Both the position numbers and the translations under genes were made by a program. A DNA stretch of 62,173 nucleotides, taken from positions 1-62,173 of the forward strand of contig CADCFC010000004.1 of assembly GCA_902800645.1 (NCBI GenBank), read 5' to 3'. The DNA comes from an uncultured Erysipelotrichaceae bacterium (GTDB lineage: Bacteria; Bacillota_I; Bacilli_A; RFN20; CAG-826). The notes under the pieces were generated by a model. The model was not told the DNA's origin. It saw nothing but the letters and a program-made list of their open reading frames with translations, and searched no databases. Of this stretch, positions 27,311-37,181 are shown one piece after another; position 1 is the first letter of the stretch, and each line of letters opens with the position of its first letter.

Positions 27311-28710
27311 TATTTCAATTCTCCTCCTCTACCACCAACAGTGATTTCACTAATTCTTAATGTAGGTTGACCAACATTAGTTCTAATCGATCCACTAGCG
27401 GCACCACACATTCCTTGTCCAAAGGCTAAGTCGTTTCCAACCATATCAATCTTTTTAAGGATTTCTTCGCCTTTACCAATTAAGGTTGCACCTTTAACTG
27501 GTTCACAAATCTTTCCATCACGAATGATGTAAGCTTCTGAACAACCAAAGTTAAACTCACCAGTTGTTGGGTCAACACTACCACCAGCAAATCCAACTGC
27601 GTATAAGCCGAGTTTAGTGGCTTTAATAATTTCTTCTGGAGTGGATTTACCATTATCAATATAAGTGTTACTCATACGACTAGTTGGGCAGTATCTATAA
27701 TTTTGTCTACGGCAAGAGCCATTTCCTTCTCTTCCCATACGACGACCATTGAAATCATCAATCATGAAGTCTTTAAGAACACCGTCTTTAATAAGAACTC
27801 TTTTTGTTCCTGGATTTCCTTCATCATCAATATCTATTGAACCCCATTCATTTGGAATGGTTGAATCATCAATTGCGGTAACAAGTGGAGAAGCAATTAA
27901 TTGTCCTTCTTTACCTGTTGCGTAACTCAGTCCTCTAGAAACTGCACTAGCTTCTAGTGGGTGTCCACAAGCTTCATGGAAAAGAACTCCACCCCAACCA
28001 TTACCAATAACGACTGGCATTTTTCCTGATGGACATTCTTTTGCAGTGAGCATTAATAAAGCGGTCTCTGCTGCTTTTCTAGCAACTTTTCTAGGTTTGG
28101 CTTTGTCTTTAAAGAAGCTCATGTCCATTTGACATCCTGGTCCCTCAAAGGCTGTTTCCATACCATTTTCATCAGCAGCGATGATTGAATAAGCAATTCT
28201 TGCAAACTCTGTTTCTCTAGAGAACCACTTTCCTTTAGAGTTAAAAATAGTTACTCCTCTATGGTTGTTTCCAAAGCTTCCAATATATCTAACGATTCTT
28301 GGATCTTTCATGGATTCTATTTCTTTAATTCCTTCACGGACTAATTCAATTTTCTCTTCAATTGGAATATTTTCGTAAGAATGAACGATTGGGTTTCTAT
28401 TCTTTCCACGAATCATTTCAAGCTTTGTCACTGTTAAGATACGCTTTGAATTGAATGATTTATTTAAAGATCTAGCAAGTTCTAGTAAACCTTTTTTAGT
28501 TAAATCATTTGTGTAACCGTATACAGAACGATTCTCTTTTAAAATTCTTAATCCTACGCCTGAAGTGACACTTGAAGATGAAGAACTAACTTTACCGTTT
28601 TCAATACTTACTCCACTGGCTCTACTATCTTCATAGAAGATTTCAGCATAATCACCACCAGTAGCGAGCATTTCATTTAATACTTCAATAGCTAATTTTT
28701 TGCTAATCAC
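27310..28710 (-). CDS. tldD: TldD family metallopeptidase
   Basis: The start is GTG with GGAGG upstream. The HEACGHPLE zinc motif typical of TldD is present. The protein is 466 aa. Confidence 0.9.
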   Translation of the reverse strand: MISKKLAIEVLNEMLATGGDYAEIFYEDSRASGVSIENGKVSSSSSSVTSGVGLRILKENRSVYGYTNDLTKKGLLELARSLNKSFNSKRILTVTKLEMIRGKNRNPIVHSYENIPIEEKIELVREGIKEIESMKDPRIVRYIGSFGNNHRGVTIFNSKGKWFSRETEFARIAYSIIAADENGMETAFEGPGCQMDMSFFKDKAKPRKVARKAAETALLMLTAKECPSGKMPVVIGNGWGGVLFHEACGHPLEASAVSRGLSYATGKEGQLIASPLVTAIDDSTIPNEWGSIDIDDEGNPGTKRVLIKDGVLKDFMIDDFNGRRMGREGNGSCRRQNYRYCPTSRMSNTYIDNGKSTPEEIIKATKLGLYAVGFAGGSVDPTTGEFNFGCSEAYIIRDGKICEPVKGATLIGKGEEILKKIDMVGNDLAFGQGMCGAASGSIRTNVGQPTLRISEITVGGRGGELK

Positions 28711-28801
28711 TACTTTTACCTCCTTTACGTAAAAAAAGTATCTAAATTATAAGATACTTCTTCGAGTAAATTAAATAGTTTCTTTTTAAGAACTCTTCTT
28801 C

Positions 28802-28807
28802 TACAAT
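28802..28807 (+). promoter_or_regulatory. -10 box (TACAAT) 6 nt upstream of ATG 28814
   Basis: There is no SD, which suggests a leaderless start. The -35 region is weak. Confidence 0.3.
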
Positions 28808-28813
28808 TGAGTT

Positions 28814-29851
28814 ATGAAGATTCGTATTAATATGCTTTCCGCTGCTGAATCTGTTCCAGGACAGGGTGTAGGTAGTGCTTTTAGAGAGCAATATGAACTA
28901 GTTAAAGAACTTAATGATTTTGAAATCGAATTAAATTCCAAGAAATCAAATTTTGATATTTATCACATTCATTCGCCTAATCCGACATTTAGATTAAGAA
29001 TGAATAAAAAGCATTTAAATATTATGTATGTTCATTTCATTCCTGCTAAAAACCATGAGAGTATTTATCTTCCAAAATTAGCTGAGAAAATATTCGACTG
29101 GTATGCGAATTCATTTTATCGAAAAGCTGATGAATTAGTAGTGGTTAATCCTTGTTTTATAGGCGACTTAGAGCAGTTAAAAATACCAAGAGATAAAATA
29201 ACCTATATTCCAAATTATGTTGATCATGAGTTATTTAAACCATTGCCCAATGATGAAATAAAGAAAATAAGAGAAAAGTATGAGATTCCACAAGATAAAT
29301 TTGTTGTGCTTGGATGTGGTCAAATTCAAACAAGAAAAGGGATTGATGATTTTATTTCTACTGCAATCTCAAATCCTGAAATGCAATTCGTGTGGGTTGG
29401 TGGATTTTCTTTTGGTAGACTAATGCATGGATATCGAAAATATAAGAAATTATTCAAAAATTTGCCTCAAAACGTCAAACATATCCCTATTGTTGAAAGA
29501 AAATACATGAATGAGATATTTAATATGTGTGATGTCTTATTTATGCCTTCTTATATGGAATTATTTCCAATGACAATTTTAGAAGTGGCTAATGTTCATA
29601 AACCATTTTTAGTGAGAGACCTTGAATTATATAGACCAATTTTATTTTCTAAATATGCGAAGGCAAATGATGTCAGCGGGTTTAGTAGTGAACTGAGAAA
29701 AATGAAAATTGATGTAACCTACTATAATAGTTTAGTGGAATGCTCAAAATTCATCTCAGATTTCTATAATAAAGACGTTATTCAAAAGACTTGGAAAGAG
29801 TATTATCAAAGAGTCTATTTAAAGTGGAAAATGAAAAAAGATAATAAATAA
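28814..29851 (+). CDS. GT-B glycosyltransferase (family 4-like)
   Basis: 345-aa protein whose C-terminal half has GT4-like motifs (GRLxxxKG-like QTRKGIDDF; E.FPMTILEV). Confidence 0.7.
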   Translation: MKIRINMLSAAESVPGQGVGSAFREQYELVKELNDFEIELNSKKSNFDIYHIHSPNPTFRLRMNKKHLNIMYVHFIPAKNHESIYLPKLAEKIFDWYANSFYRKADELVVVNPCFIGDLEQLKIPRDKITYIPNYVDHELFKPLPNDEIKKIREKYEIPQDKFVVLGCGQIQTRKGIDDFISTAISNPEMQFVWVGGFSFGRLMHGYRKYKKLFKNLPQNVKHIPIVERKYMNEIFNMCDVLFMPSYMELFPMTILEVANVHKPFLVRDLELYRPILFSKYAKANDVSGFSSELRKMKIDVTYYNSLVECSKFISDFYNKDVIQKTWKEYYQRVYLKWKMKKDNK

Positions 29852-29882
29852 TGTAATATTAAAAAGAAAGCAGGAAATTGAT

Positions 29883-30338
29883 ATGAACAAATACATGAGG
29901 ATGGCTATTAATGAAGCTCGTAAAGGTATTAGAAATCAACACGGTGGACCTTTTGGGGCGGTTATCGTTAAAGATGGAGTTGTTGTTGGAAAAGGACATA
30001 ACCAAGTTCTTAAAAATAATGATCCAACTTGTCACGGTGAGATGATGGCGATTCATAAAGCGTGTAAGACACTTGGAACATTTGATTTAAGCGGTTGTGA
30101 ACTTTACACGACTGGCGAACCTTGCCCAATGTGTATGTCTGCTATCTTATGGGCTAACATTGAAAAGGTATATTATGGATGTAACATCTTTGATACTGAA
30201 CAAATTGGTTTTAGAGATGCGAAGTTCTATCAAATGCAACAACCAGGTGAAAGAGAAAAGCTTGTTATTGAATTAGATAGAAAAGCTTGCTTAAAACTAT
30301 ATGAAGAATATGAGAGCTTAACTCATAAATTATATTAA
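29883..30338 (+). CDS. guaD: Guanine deaminase-like CDA-fold deaminase
   Basis: The HGEMMAI and EPCPMCMSAI zinc motifs are present. Overall it resembles B. subtilis GuaD as I recall it (GGPFGAVIVKDG...; FRDAKFY). The protein is 151 aa. Confidence 0.7.
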   Translation: MNKYMRMAINEARKGIRNQHGGPFGAVIVKDGVVVGKGHNQVLKNNDPTCHGEMMAIHKACKTLGTFDLSGCELYTTGEPCPMCMSAILWANIEKVYYGCNIFDTEQIGFRDAKFYQMQQPGEREKLVIELDRKACLKLYEEYESLTHKLY

Positions 30339-30348
30339 GATGAAATAA

Positions 30349-30372
30349 GGGTCAGTAACGTGACTCTTTTTT
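30349..30372 (+). terminator. Intrinsic terminator
   Basis: GGGTCA/TGACTC stem including a G-U pair, a 6-nt loop and a T6 run. Confidence 0.55.
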
Positions 30373-30510
30373 CATGCTCTTAAATACATTTATCTTTTTA
30401 AAGTTAAATGTGCTATTCTATAAGTGCAAATGAACTTAGTTTAATACCCAATTAATCAACGCGCTTTTTTGTGCTTGGTTTTTTGTGTCACTAAAAAAGG
30501 AGTTAACTAT

Positions 30511-31854
30511 ATGTATAAAAGCGAATACTTAAACAATCTTCTTGAAGACGTCAAAAGAAGATATGGTAATGAAAAAGAATTTGTCAGTGCAGTTGAAGAA
30601 TTTTTTGATTCGATGGATTTCTTAGTGGATAAAGATCCAAGAATTGAACAATACTCAATCTTAGAAAGATTAATCGTTCCAGAAAGAGTTATTGAAATGA
30701 GAGTCCCATGGGTTGATGACTCTGGCAAGATTAGAGTGAATACTGGTTATCGTGTTCAATTCAATTCTGCAATTGGCCCATATAAAGGTGGAATGAGATT
30801 CCACCCATCAGTCAATTTATCGATTCTTAAGTTTTTAGGATTTGAACAAACATTTAAGAATTCATTAACTGGTCTCCCTATGGGAGGAGGCAAAGGTGGA
30901 GCGGACTTTGATCCACGTGGAAAAAGTGATGGAGAAGTGATGAGATTCTGCCAATCATTCATGAGTGAATTATATAGACATATTGGGCCAGACACTGATG
31001 TTCCTGCTGGTGACCTTGGTTTTGGCGCTAGAGAAGTCGGATACATGTTTGGCTATTATAAGAAATTAAAAGATGAATGGTCTGGTGTATTTACCGGAAA
31101 AGGAATCTCTTATGGTGGTTCTTTAGCTAGACCAGAAGCTACTGGATATGGCTTACTTTATTACGCTAGAGAAATGCTTAAGACTTATTTTGATACTGAT
31201 TTTAAAGGCAAAAAAATCATTATTTCTGGATGTGGAAAAGTTGGTGGCATGGCCGCTGAAAAAGCGCATCAATTAGGAGCAATCCTTGTCGGTATGTCTG
31301 ATATTGATGGATATGTATATGATCCTAAAGGATTGGATGTTCCATATATCGTTGAATTATCAAAACAAAAAGGTATGTTCTCTAAAGAATACGCTAAAGC
31401 GAAAGGTGTTGATTTCCATGAAGGACCAAGAGGATTATGGTCAGTGCCATGCGACATTGCTCTACCATGCGCTACTCAAGGAGAAATTGCTGTTAAAGAA
31501 GCAGAACAATTAAAGAAAAATGGCTGTTACATGGTTGTTGAAGGTGCAAATATGCCTACTGATGTTGAGGCGATTAGATATTTCAACACTCATGATGTCT
31601 TATTTGCTCCAGGAAAAGCGAGTAACGCTGGTGGAGTTGCAGTATCGGGTCTAGAGATGAGTCAAAACTCTATGCATCTTAATTGGACATTTGAAGAAGT
31701 TGACCAAAAACTCGAAGAGATTATGAAGAAAATCTTTAAAGCGTGTCATGATACCGCTGTTAAATATGGGCAACCAAGAAATCTTGCTTTAGGTGCTAAT
31801 ATAGCGGGCTTCTTGAAGGTTTATGATGCGATGCTTGCTCAAGGTGTTTGTTAA
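30511..31854 (+). CDS. gdhA: NADP-specific glutamate dehydrogenase
   Basis: I trimmed the start to ATG 30511, which has AAAGGAG upstream. The GDH signature GPYKGGMRFHP...LPMGGGKGG is present. Confidence 0.9.
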   Translation: MYKSEYLNNLLEDVKRRYGNEKEFVSAVEEFFDSMDFLVDKDPRIEQYSILERLIVPERVIEMRVPWVDDSGKIRVNTGYRVQFNSAIGPYKGGMRFHPSVNLSILKFLGFEQTFKNSLTGLPMGGGKGGADFDPRGKSDGEVMRFCQSFMSELYRHIGPDTDVPAGDLGFGAREVGYMFGYYKKLKDEWSGVFTGKGISYGGSLARPEATGYGLLYYAREMLKTYFDTDFKGKKIIISGCGKVGGMAAEKAHQLGAILVGMSDIDGYVYDPKGLDVPYIVELSKQKGMFSKEYAKAKGVDFHEGPRGLWSVPCDIALPCATQGEIAVKEAEQLKKNGCYMVVEGANMPTDVEAIRYFNTHDVLFAPGKASNAGGVAVSGLEMSQNSMHLNWTFEEVDQKLEEIMKKIFKACHDTAVKYGQPRNLALGANIAGFLKVYDAMLAQGVC

Positions 31855-33071
31855 TGATTAAAACAATTTATTCACCACATATATATCTTCCAAGAAGCGG
31901 AGTGGATATGACTCGCTATGCGGTTATCGCTTGCGATCAATATACTTCTAATCTTGAATATTGGGATTCTTTAAAAAAAGATATAGGAGATCGTGTATCA
32001 ACTTTTCACATGATTTATCCAGAAGCTTATTTAGAGAACACTGATGGTGATAAATATGTTGCTTCTATTAATAAAAATATTAATAAATATTTAACTAATA
32101 AAGATATAGTCGATATTGGTGAATGCTTTATTTTAGTAGAAAGAGTTACTAGTTATGGAGTTAGAAGGCTAGGTTTAGTTCTTGCGATTGATTTAGAAGA
32201 CTATTCCTATTTAAGAGGAAGCAACGCCAAAATTAGAGCGAGCGAAGCTACTATTGTAGAAAGAATTCCTCCTCGCTTAAAAATTAGAAAAGACGCTCCT
32301 ATTGAACTTCCTCATGTTCTCCTTCTTTTTGATGATAAAGAAAAGAAAATAGTGGAGGACCTATATCGTAATCGAGATAAACTTGAGAAGTTATATGACT
32401 TCGAACTCAATAAAGATGGAGGTCATATTAGAGGATATAAAGTAAGTGATGTAGACTCTATTAAAAAGAAGTTTGATGACTTATATAACAAGAACAATAA
32501 CGGTTTGTTATTTATTGTTGGAGATGGTAATCATTCATTAGCAACTGCTAAGGCACATTGGGATAATGTTAAAGAGACTCTAACAGAAAAAGAAAGAGAA
32601 AATCATCCTGCTAGATTCGCTTTAGTGGAGGCCAATAACTTATATGATGAAGGTATCATCTTTGAACCAATCCATAGAGTGTTATTTAATGTGAATGATT
32701 CATTTATAAATGAAATAAAAAAGATAAGTGAAGGAAACTTCCATTCTTATATTTATTCTAAGAATAAAGGCAAGATTCCTTTTGATATGGATAGTAACGC
32801 TCCTAAAGCGTATAAAAAGATACAATCTTTCCTAGATGAATACTTAAAAGAGCATAAAGAAGTTAGAATAGATTTTATTCATGATGAAGATGAATTAATT
32901 AATGTCGCTAATAGTGGGGAGAACAATGTCGCTATTAAAATGCCAGCGTTAACAAAAGATGATTTATTTGATTACATCGCTGGTGATTTAGTGCTTCCAA
33001 GAAAATCATTCTCAATGGGGCACGCAAATGAAAAACGTTATTACTTAGAAGCCAAAAAGATTATTTATTAA
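31854..33071 (+). CDS. DUF1015 family protein
   Basis: The gene has a TAATG overlap with gdhA. DUF1015-like motifs are present (FIVGDGNHS; FEPIHR). It lies directly upstream of serC. Confidence 0.7.
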   Translation: MIKTIYSPHIYLPRSGVDMTRYAVIACDQYTSNLEYWDSLKKDIGDRVSTFHMIYPEAYLENTDGDKYVASINKNINKYLTNKDIVDIGECFILVERVTSYGVRRLGLVLAIDLEDYSYLRGSNAKIRASEATIVERIPPRLKIRKDAPIELPHVLLLFDDKEKKIVEDLYRNRDKLEKLYDFELNKDGGHIRGYKVSDVDSIKKKFDDLYNKNNNGLLFIVGDGNHSLATAKAHWDNVKETLTEKERENHPARFALVEANNLYDEGIIFEPIHRVLFNVNDSFINEIKKISEGNFHSYIYSKNKGKIPFDMDSNAPKAYKKIQSFLDEYLKEHKEVRIDFIHDEDELINVANSGENNVAIKMPALTKDDLFDYIAGDLVLPRKSFSMGHANEKRYYLEAKKIIY

Positions 33072-33083
33072 AGGAGAAAATTT

Positions 33084-34169
33084 ATGGCTAGAATTTATAA
33101 TTTCTCAGCAGGTCCTGCAATGCTTCCTGAAGAAGTTTTAAAAGAAGCAGCGGAAGAAATGCTTGATTATCGCGGATGTGGAATGTCCGTCATGGAGATG
33201 AGTCACCGCTCAAAAGTTTATCAACAAATTATTGATGAAGCGGAAGCTGATTTAAGAAAACTCGTTGGCATTCCAGATAATTACAAAGTGTTATTCCTTC
33301 AAGGTGGAGCAACGCTTCAATTTGGAATGATTCCAATGAACTTAATGACTGTTAATAAGAAAGCAGATTATATCCACACTGGTGTATGGACTAAAAAGGC
33401 GATGGCGGATGCTAAACTATTTGGTGAAGTAAGAGTAATCGCTAGTAGTGAAGATCGTAAATTTGCTTATATTCCTTCTATGAAGGACTTAAAGATTAAT
33501 AAAGACGCTGATTACGTATATATGTGTGACAATAACACTATTTACGGAACCAAGTTTAAAGAATACCCAGACACAGGCGATATCCCATTAATTTGTGATA
33601 TGTCTTCTTGCTTCTTAAGCGAACCAATCGATGTAAAGAAATTTGGAATGATTTACGCCGGGGCACAAAAAAATGTTGGACCAGCAGGAGTTACAATCAT
33701 CATTATTAGAGATGATTTAGTTGCGAGAAGTGCAGAACTTCCTCTACCAGTATATTTAAGATACGCTCCACATGTTGAAAATGGGTCTATGTATAATACT
33801 CCACCAACCTATGGCATTTATATCTGCGGTAAAGTGTTTAAATGGCTGCTAAAGACTGGTGGACTTGAAAAACGTAAAGAACTTAATGAAAAGAAAGCAA
33901 AAATAATCTATGATTATCTCGATAAGTCTTCATTCTACAAAGCGAGTGTTGATAAAGAAGCGCGTTCCTTAATGAATGTCACATTTAGAACTCCAAGTGA
34001 TGAACTAGATGCAGAATTCTTAGAAGGAGCCAAGAAATATAAGTTCACTAATCTTAAAGGACATCGTTCCACAGGTGGACTTAGAGCTTCTATTTATAAC
34101 GCGATGCCAATTGAAGGAGTCGAAGCACTTGTTAAATACATGAAAGAATTTGAGGAGGAACATAGATAA
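33084..34169 (+). CDS. serC: Phosphoserine aminotransferase
   Basis: The typical SerC N-terminus is NFSAGPAMLPEEVL, and the PLP-Lys region is AGAQKNVGPAG. Confidence 0.92.
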   Translation: MARIYNFSAGPAMLPEEVLKEAAEEMLDYRGCGMSVMEMSHRSKVYQQIIDEAEADLRKLVGIPDNYKVLFLQGGATLQFGMIPMNLMTVNKKADYIHTGVWTKKAMADAKLFGEVRVIASSEDRKFAYIPSMKDLKINKDADYVYMCDNNTIYGTKFKEYPDTGDIPLICDMSSCFLSEPIDVKKFGMIYAGAQKNVGPAGVTIIIIRDDLVARSAELPLPVYLRYAPHVENGSMYNTPPTYGIYICGKVFKWLLKTGGLEKRKELNEKKAKIIYDYLDKSSFYKASVDKEARSLMNVTFRTPSDELDAEFLEGAKKYKFTNLKGHRSTGGLRASIYNAMPIEGVEALVKYMKEFEEEHR

Positions 34170-35320
34170 TGAACCAGAGAAGAATTCATTGTTTAAATAA
34201 GATTTCAAAAGTTGGCTTAAACGTCATGCCAAAACACTATCACATTAGTGAAGACTTAGAAGAAGGTGTTGATGGTATTTTAGTGAGAAGTGCTGTAATG
34301 CATGATATGGATTTACCAAAATCACTATTATGTATTGCAAGAGCCGGAGCGGGAGTTAATAACATCCCACTAGATAAATGCGCTGAAAAAGGTATTGTTG
34401 TCTTTAACACTCCTGGCGCTAACGCTAATGCTGTTAAGGAATTAACAATTGCGATGATGCTATTAGCGGCTAGAGATATCCGTGGAAGCATGGAATGGGT
34501 CAAAGAAAATAGACATGATCCAGAAATCAATAAGTCCATGGAAAAAGCTAAATCACAATTCGCAGGAACTGAGATTTTAGGAAAGACTTTAGGCGTTATT
34601 GGTTGTGGCGCAATTGGTGCTTTAGTAGCAGATGCAGCGTCTCACTTAGGAATGAAAGTTATCGCTGTTGAGCCAAGCGAAGCAAATATTGAAAGATATT
34701 CTCATTTATTAACTCAAGTTGAATTAGTTGATTATGATGAATTATACGAAAGAGCGGATTATATCACTCTTCACGTCCCATTACTTGACGCAACTAGAGG
34801 AATGCTAAATGAAAAAGCATTTAACAAGATGAAAGATGGAGTAATCATTATTAACGCTGCAAGAGATGCATTAGTTAATGACGATGATCTTGAAGTCGCA
34901 ATTAGAAATGGAAAAGTAAGAAGATACGTTACTGATTTCCCAAATAGTAATACCGCTAAGATGAATGGCGTTGTCGCTATTTCTCACTTAGGTGCTTCTA
35001 CAGAAGAAGCTGAAGATAACTGTGCAGTTATGGCAGTTAATGAAATTAGTGATTATCTCGATAATGGCAATATCGTTAATTCAGTTAATTTCCCAAATCT
35101 ACACTTAGGTGTTAGAAGAGGTGTTAGAGCGGTTGTTCTTCATGACGCGAATAAAAAGACCTCAGAAAAAGTTTTATCCGCTCTTAGACCTTATGGAGTT
35201 GGCAATTCCGTTACTGGAGTTAAAGGTAACTTTGGAACAACCTTAGTAGATTTACAAAAAGCACCTGCTAAGGAATTAGAAAGTGTTCCAGGCGTTATTA
35301 GAGTAATGCTCGTTAAATAA
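34169..35320 (+). CDS. serA: D-3-phosphoglycerate dehydrogenase (2-hydroxyacid dehydrogenase family)
   Basis: The NAD motif is GVIGCGAIG. The protein has a D-2-hydroxyacid dehydrogenase core plus a C-terminal ACT-like tail, and the gene has a TAATG overlap with serC. Confidence 0.85.
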   Translation: MNQRRIHCLNKISKVGLNVMPKHYHISEDLEEGVDGILVRSAVMHDMDLPKSLLCIARAGAGVNNIPLDKCAEKGIVVFNTPGANANAVKELTIAMMLLAARDIRGSMEWVKENRHDPEINKSMEKAKSQFAGTEILGKTLGVIGCGAIGALVADAASHLGMKVIAVEPSEANIERYSHLLTQVELVDYDELYERADYITLHVPLLDATRGMLNEKAFNKMKDGVIIINAARDALVNDDDLEVAIRNGKVRRYVTDFPNSNTAKMNGVVAISHLGASTEEAEDNCAVMAVNEISDYLDNGNIVNSVNFPNLHLGVRRGVRAVVLHDANKKTSEKVLSALRPYGVGNSVTGVKGNFGTTLVDLQKAPAKELESVPGVIRVMLVK

Positions 35321-35335
35321 TAAATTATTTAAAGT

Positions 35336-35369
35336 AAAAGTTCTCCCAAATAGATGAGAGAACTTTTTT
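35336..35369. terminator. Bidirectional intrinsic terminator
   Basis: AAAAGTTCTC...GAGAACTTTTTT sits between the convergent serA and arcC. Confidence 0.6.
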
Positions 35370-35387
35370 ATTACTTTCTATCCGTAA

Positions 35388-36302
35388 TTATTGAATAATC
35401 GTACCGCTTTTTTCTTCAAAGGCGAGCGCGGCATTTTCAAGAGCAGCAATGATTGCTTTTTTACCTTTAGCGCGTGATAAGAATTTCACACATGCATTAA
35501 CTTTTGGATACATGCTTCCTTTAGCGAAATAGTCACCTTTAAGATATTCTTGCATTTCACTTAATGAAACATTTGTGAGTTTCTTTTCATTTGGCTGTTT
35601 GTAATTAATACACACGTTATCAATAGCAGTAAGAATGACTAAATAGTCAGCGTTAACGAGCTCCGCAACTAATGCAGAAGCATAGTCTTTATCAATAACC
35701 GCGGCGACACCTACAAGTTTTTGCCCTTCTTTAATAACTGGTATACCTCCACCTCCAGCGCAGATAACGACATCACCATTACTAACTAAAGTAGTGATGA
35801 TTTCTTTTTCTTCAATATCAATTGGAAGTGGTGAAGGAACAACGCGGCGATATCCTCTTCCAGCGTCCTCTTTCATTGTGTAACCTTTTTCTTTAGCGAT
35901 TACTTCAGCTTCTTCTTTTGAATAGAATGTTCCTACTGGTTTAGTTGGATTTTGGAAGAGTGGATCGTTTTTATCCACAACTACTTGAGTAACTACAGTT
36001 GCAACATTTCTTTTAACGCTTTGCGCTTTTAGTTCATTTTGTAATGCGTTTTGTAGATGGAAACCGATATATCCTTGTGACATTGCTCCACACTCTGGGA
36101 AAGGCATATCTGGGACACCTTTTGCTTCAGAGAATGCATTATTAATCATTCCTACTTGTGGACCATTACCGTGAACAATAACAACTTCGTGTCCATCTTT
36201 CATTAACTTAACGATATATTTAGCGACATTACTCACTAAAACTTTTTGTTCTTCAGCATTATTGCCTAAAGCATTGCCGCCTAAACTTACAACAAATCTC
36301 AT
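35388..36302 (-). CDS. arcC: Carbamate kinase
   Basis: Carbamate kinase motifs are present (VVSLGGNAL; HGNGPQVG; GGGGIPV). The protein is 304 aa. Confidence 0.9.
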   Translation of the reverse strand: MRFVVSLGGNALGNNAEEQKVLVSNVAKYIVKLMKDGHEVVIVHGNGPQVGMINNAFSEAKGVPDMPFPECGAMSQGYIGFHLQNALQNELKAQSVKRNVATVVTQVVVDKNDPLFQNPTKPVGTFYSKEEAEVIAKEKGYTMKEDAGRGYRRVVPSPLPIDIEEKEIITTLVSNGDVVICAGGGGIPVIKEGQKLVGVAAVIDKDYASALVAELVNADYLVILTAIDNVCINYKQPNEKKLTNVSLSEMQEYLKGDYFAKGSMYPKVNACVKFLSRAKGKKAIIAALENAALAFEEKSGTIIQ

Positions 36303-36392
36303 TGCTATAACCTCAATTCATTATTATTTTACTATTTTGAATAATTGCTTCAACTTATTATGGTTTTAATTTTTCATTTAGAAAAATAATAG

Positions 36393-36398
36393 TAAAAT
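36393..36398 (+). promoter_or_regulatory. -10 box (TAAAAT) 6 nt upstream of ATG 36405
   Basis: There is no properly spaced SD, so lgt may have a leaderless start. Confidence 0.3.
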
Positions 36399-36404
36399 AA
36401 AGGC

Positions 36405-37181
36405 ATGTACCCCGATTTATTTGGAATTCATGACTTCTCATATATCTTTATGATCATTCTTGGAGTGGTCGCTCTATCAGTTCTTTTAGTTATCTATTTG
36501 AAACACAAAGGATTAAAAAAAGAATCATATTTAGACTTGCTCATTGTTGTGATGGTCACAATCTTTGTAGGAGTCTTATTTGCGATGCTATTTGAGAATG
36601 TTTATGAAGCGATAAAACACGCGATATATAATGAGCCTCAAAAGTTCACGTTTGCGATGACTTTCTATGGTGGACTTATCACTGGAATACCGACATTTAT
36701 CTTGATGTATAACTTATACTACTTAAAACATAATCCACCAGTGATGAAAGACATCTTAGTTATCGCTCCAGCATGTATCTCTTTGGGCCACGCATTTGGA
36801 AGAATTGGCTGCTTTATGGCAGGGTGCTGTTATGGAATAGAAGTCCATTCTGGTTGGGGCATGCACTTCCCAACTCATAATAATCAATATCTTCTTCCAA
36901 CTCAATTAATCGAGGCGATATTCTTATTTGGACTTTCTGCTATTTTGATCTTCTTGGCGTTCAAATTTGATTTTGCATATAATTTTGTAATTTATTGCGG
37001 TTTTTATGGAATTTTCCGCTTTATTATTGAATTTTTTCGGGGTGATGAAAGAGGGCAACTTGCAGGACTATCCCCATCACAATATTGGTGTATCGTGCTC
37101 GTATTGATCACTGTTCCTTTATTTTTCTATCTCAGAAATAGAAGCTTAAAAGAAGGGAAGGAATTAAAAAATGAAATTTAG
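36405..37181 (+). CDS. lgt: Prolipoprotein diacylglyceryl transferase
   Basis: Lgt motifs are present (GRIGCFMAGCCYG; FRFIIEFFRGD). The protein has several TM segments. Confidence 0.9.
   Translation: MYPDLFGIHDFSYIFMIILGVVALSVLLVIYLKHKGLKKESYLDLLIVVMVTIFVGVLFAMLFENVYEAIKHAIYNEPQKFTFAMTFYGGLITGIPTFILMYNLYYLKHNPPVMKDILVIAPACISLGHAFGRIGCFMAGCCYGIEVHSGWGMHFPTHNNQYLLPTQLIEAIFLFGLSAILIFLAFKFDFAYNFVIYCGFYGIFRFIIEFFRGDERGQLAGLSPSQYWCIVLVLITVPLFFYLRNRSLKEGKELKNEI

Noticed and set aside
29852-29882. Purine riboswitch upstream of the guaD-like gene or of the purine operon (37933-37980)
   Set aside because: The intergenic spaces are 31 and 48 nt, too short for a purine aptamer plus its expression platform.
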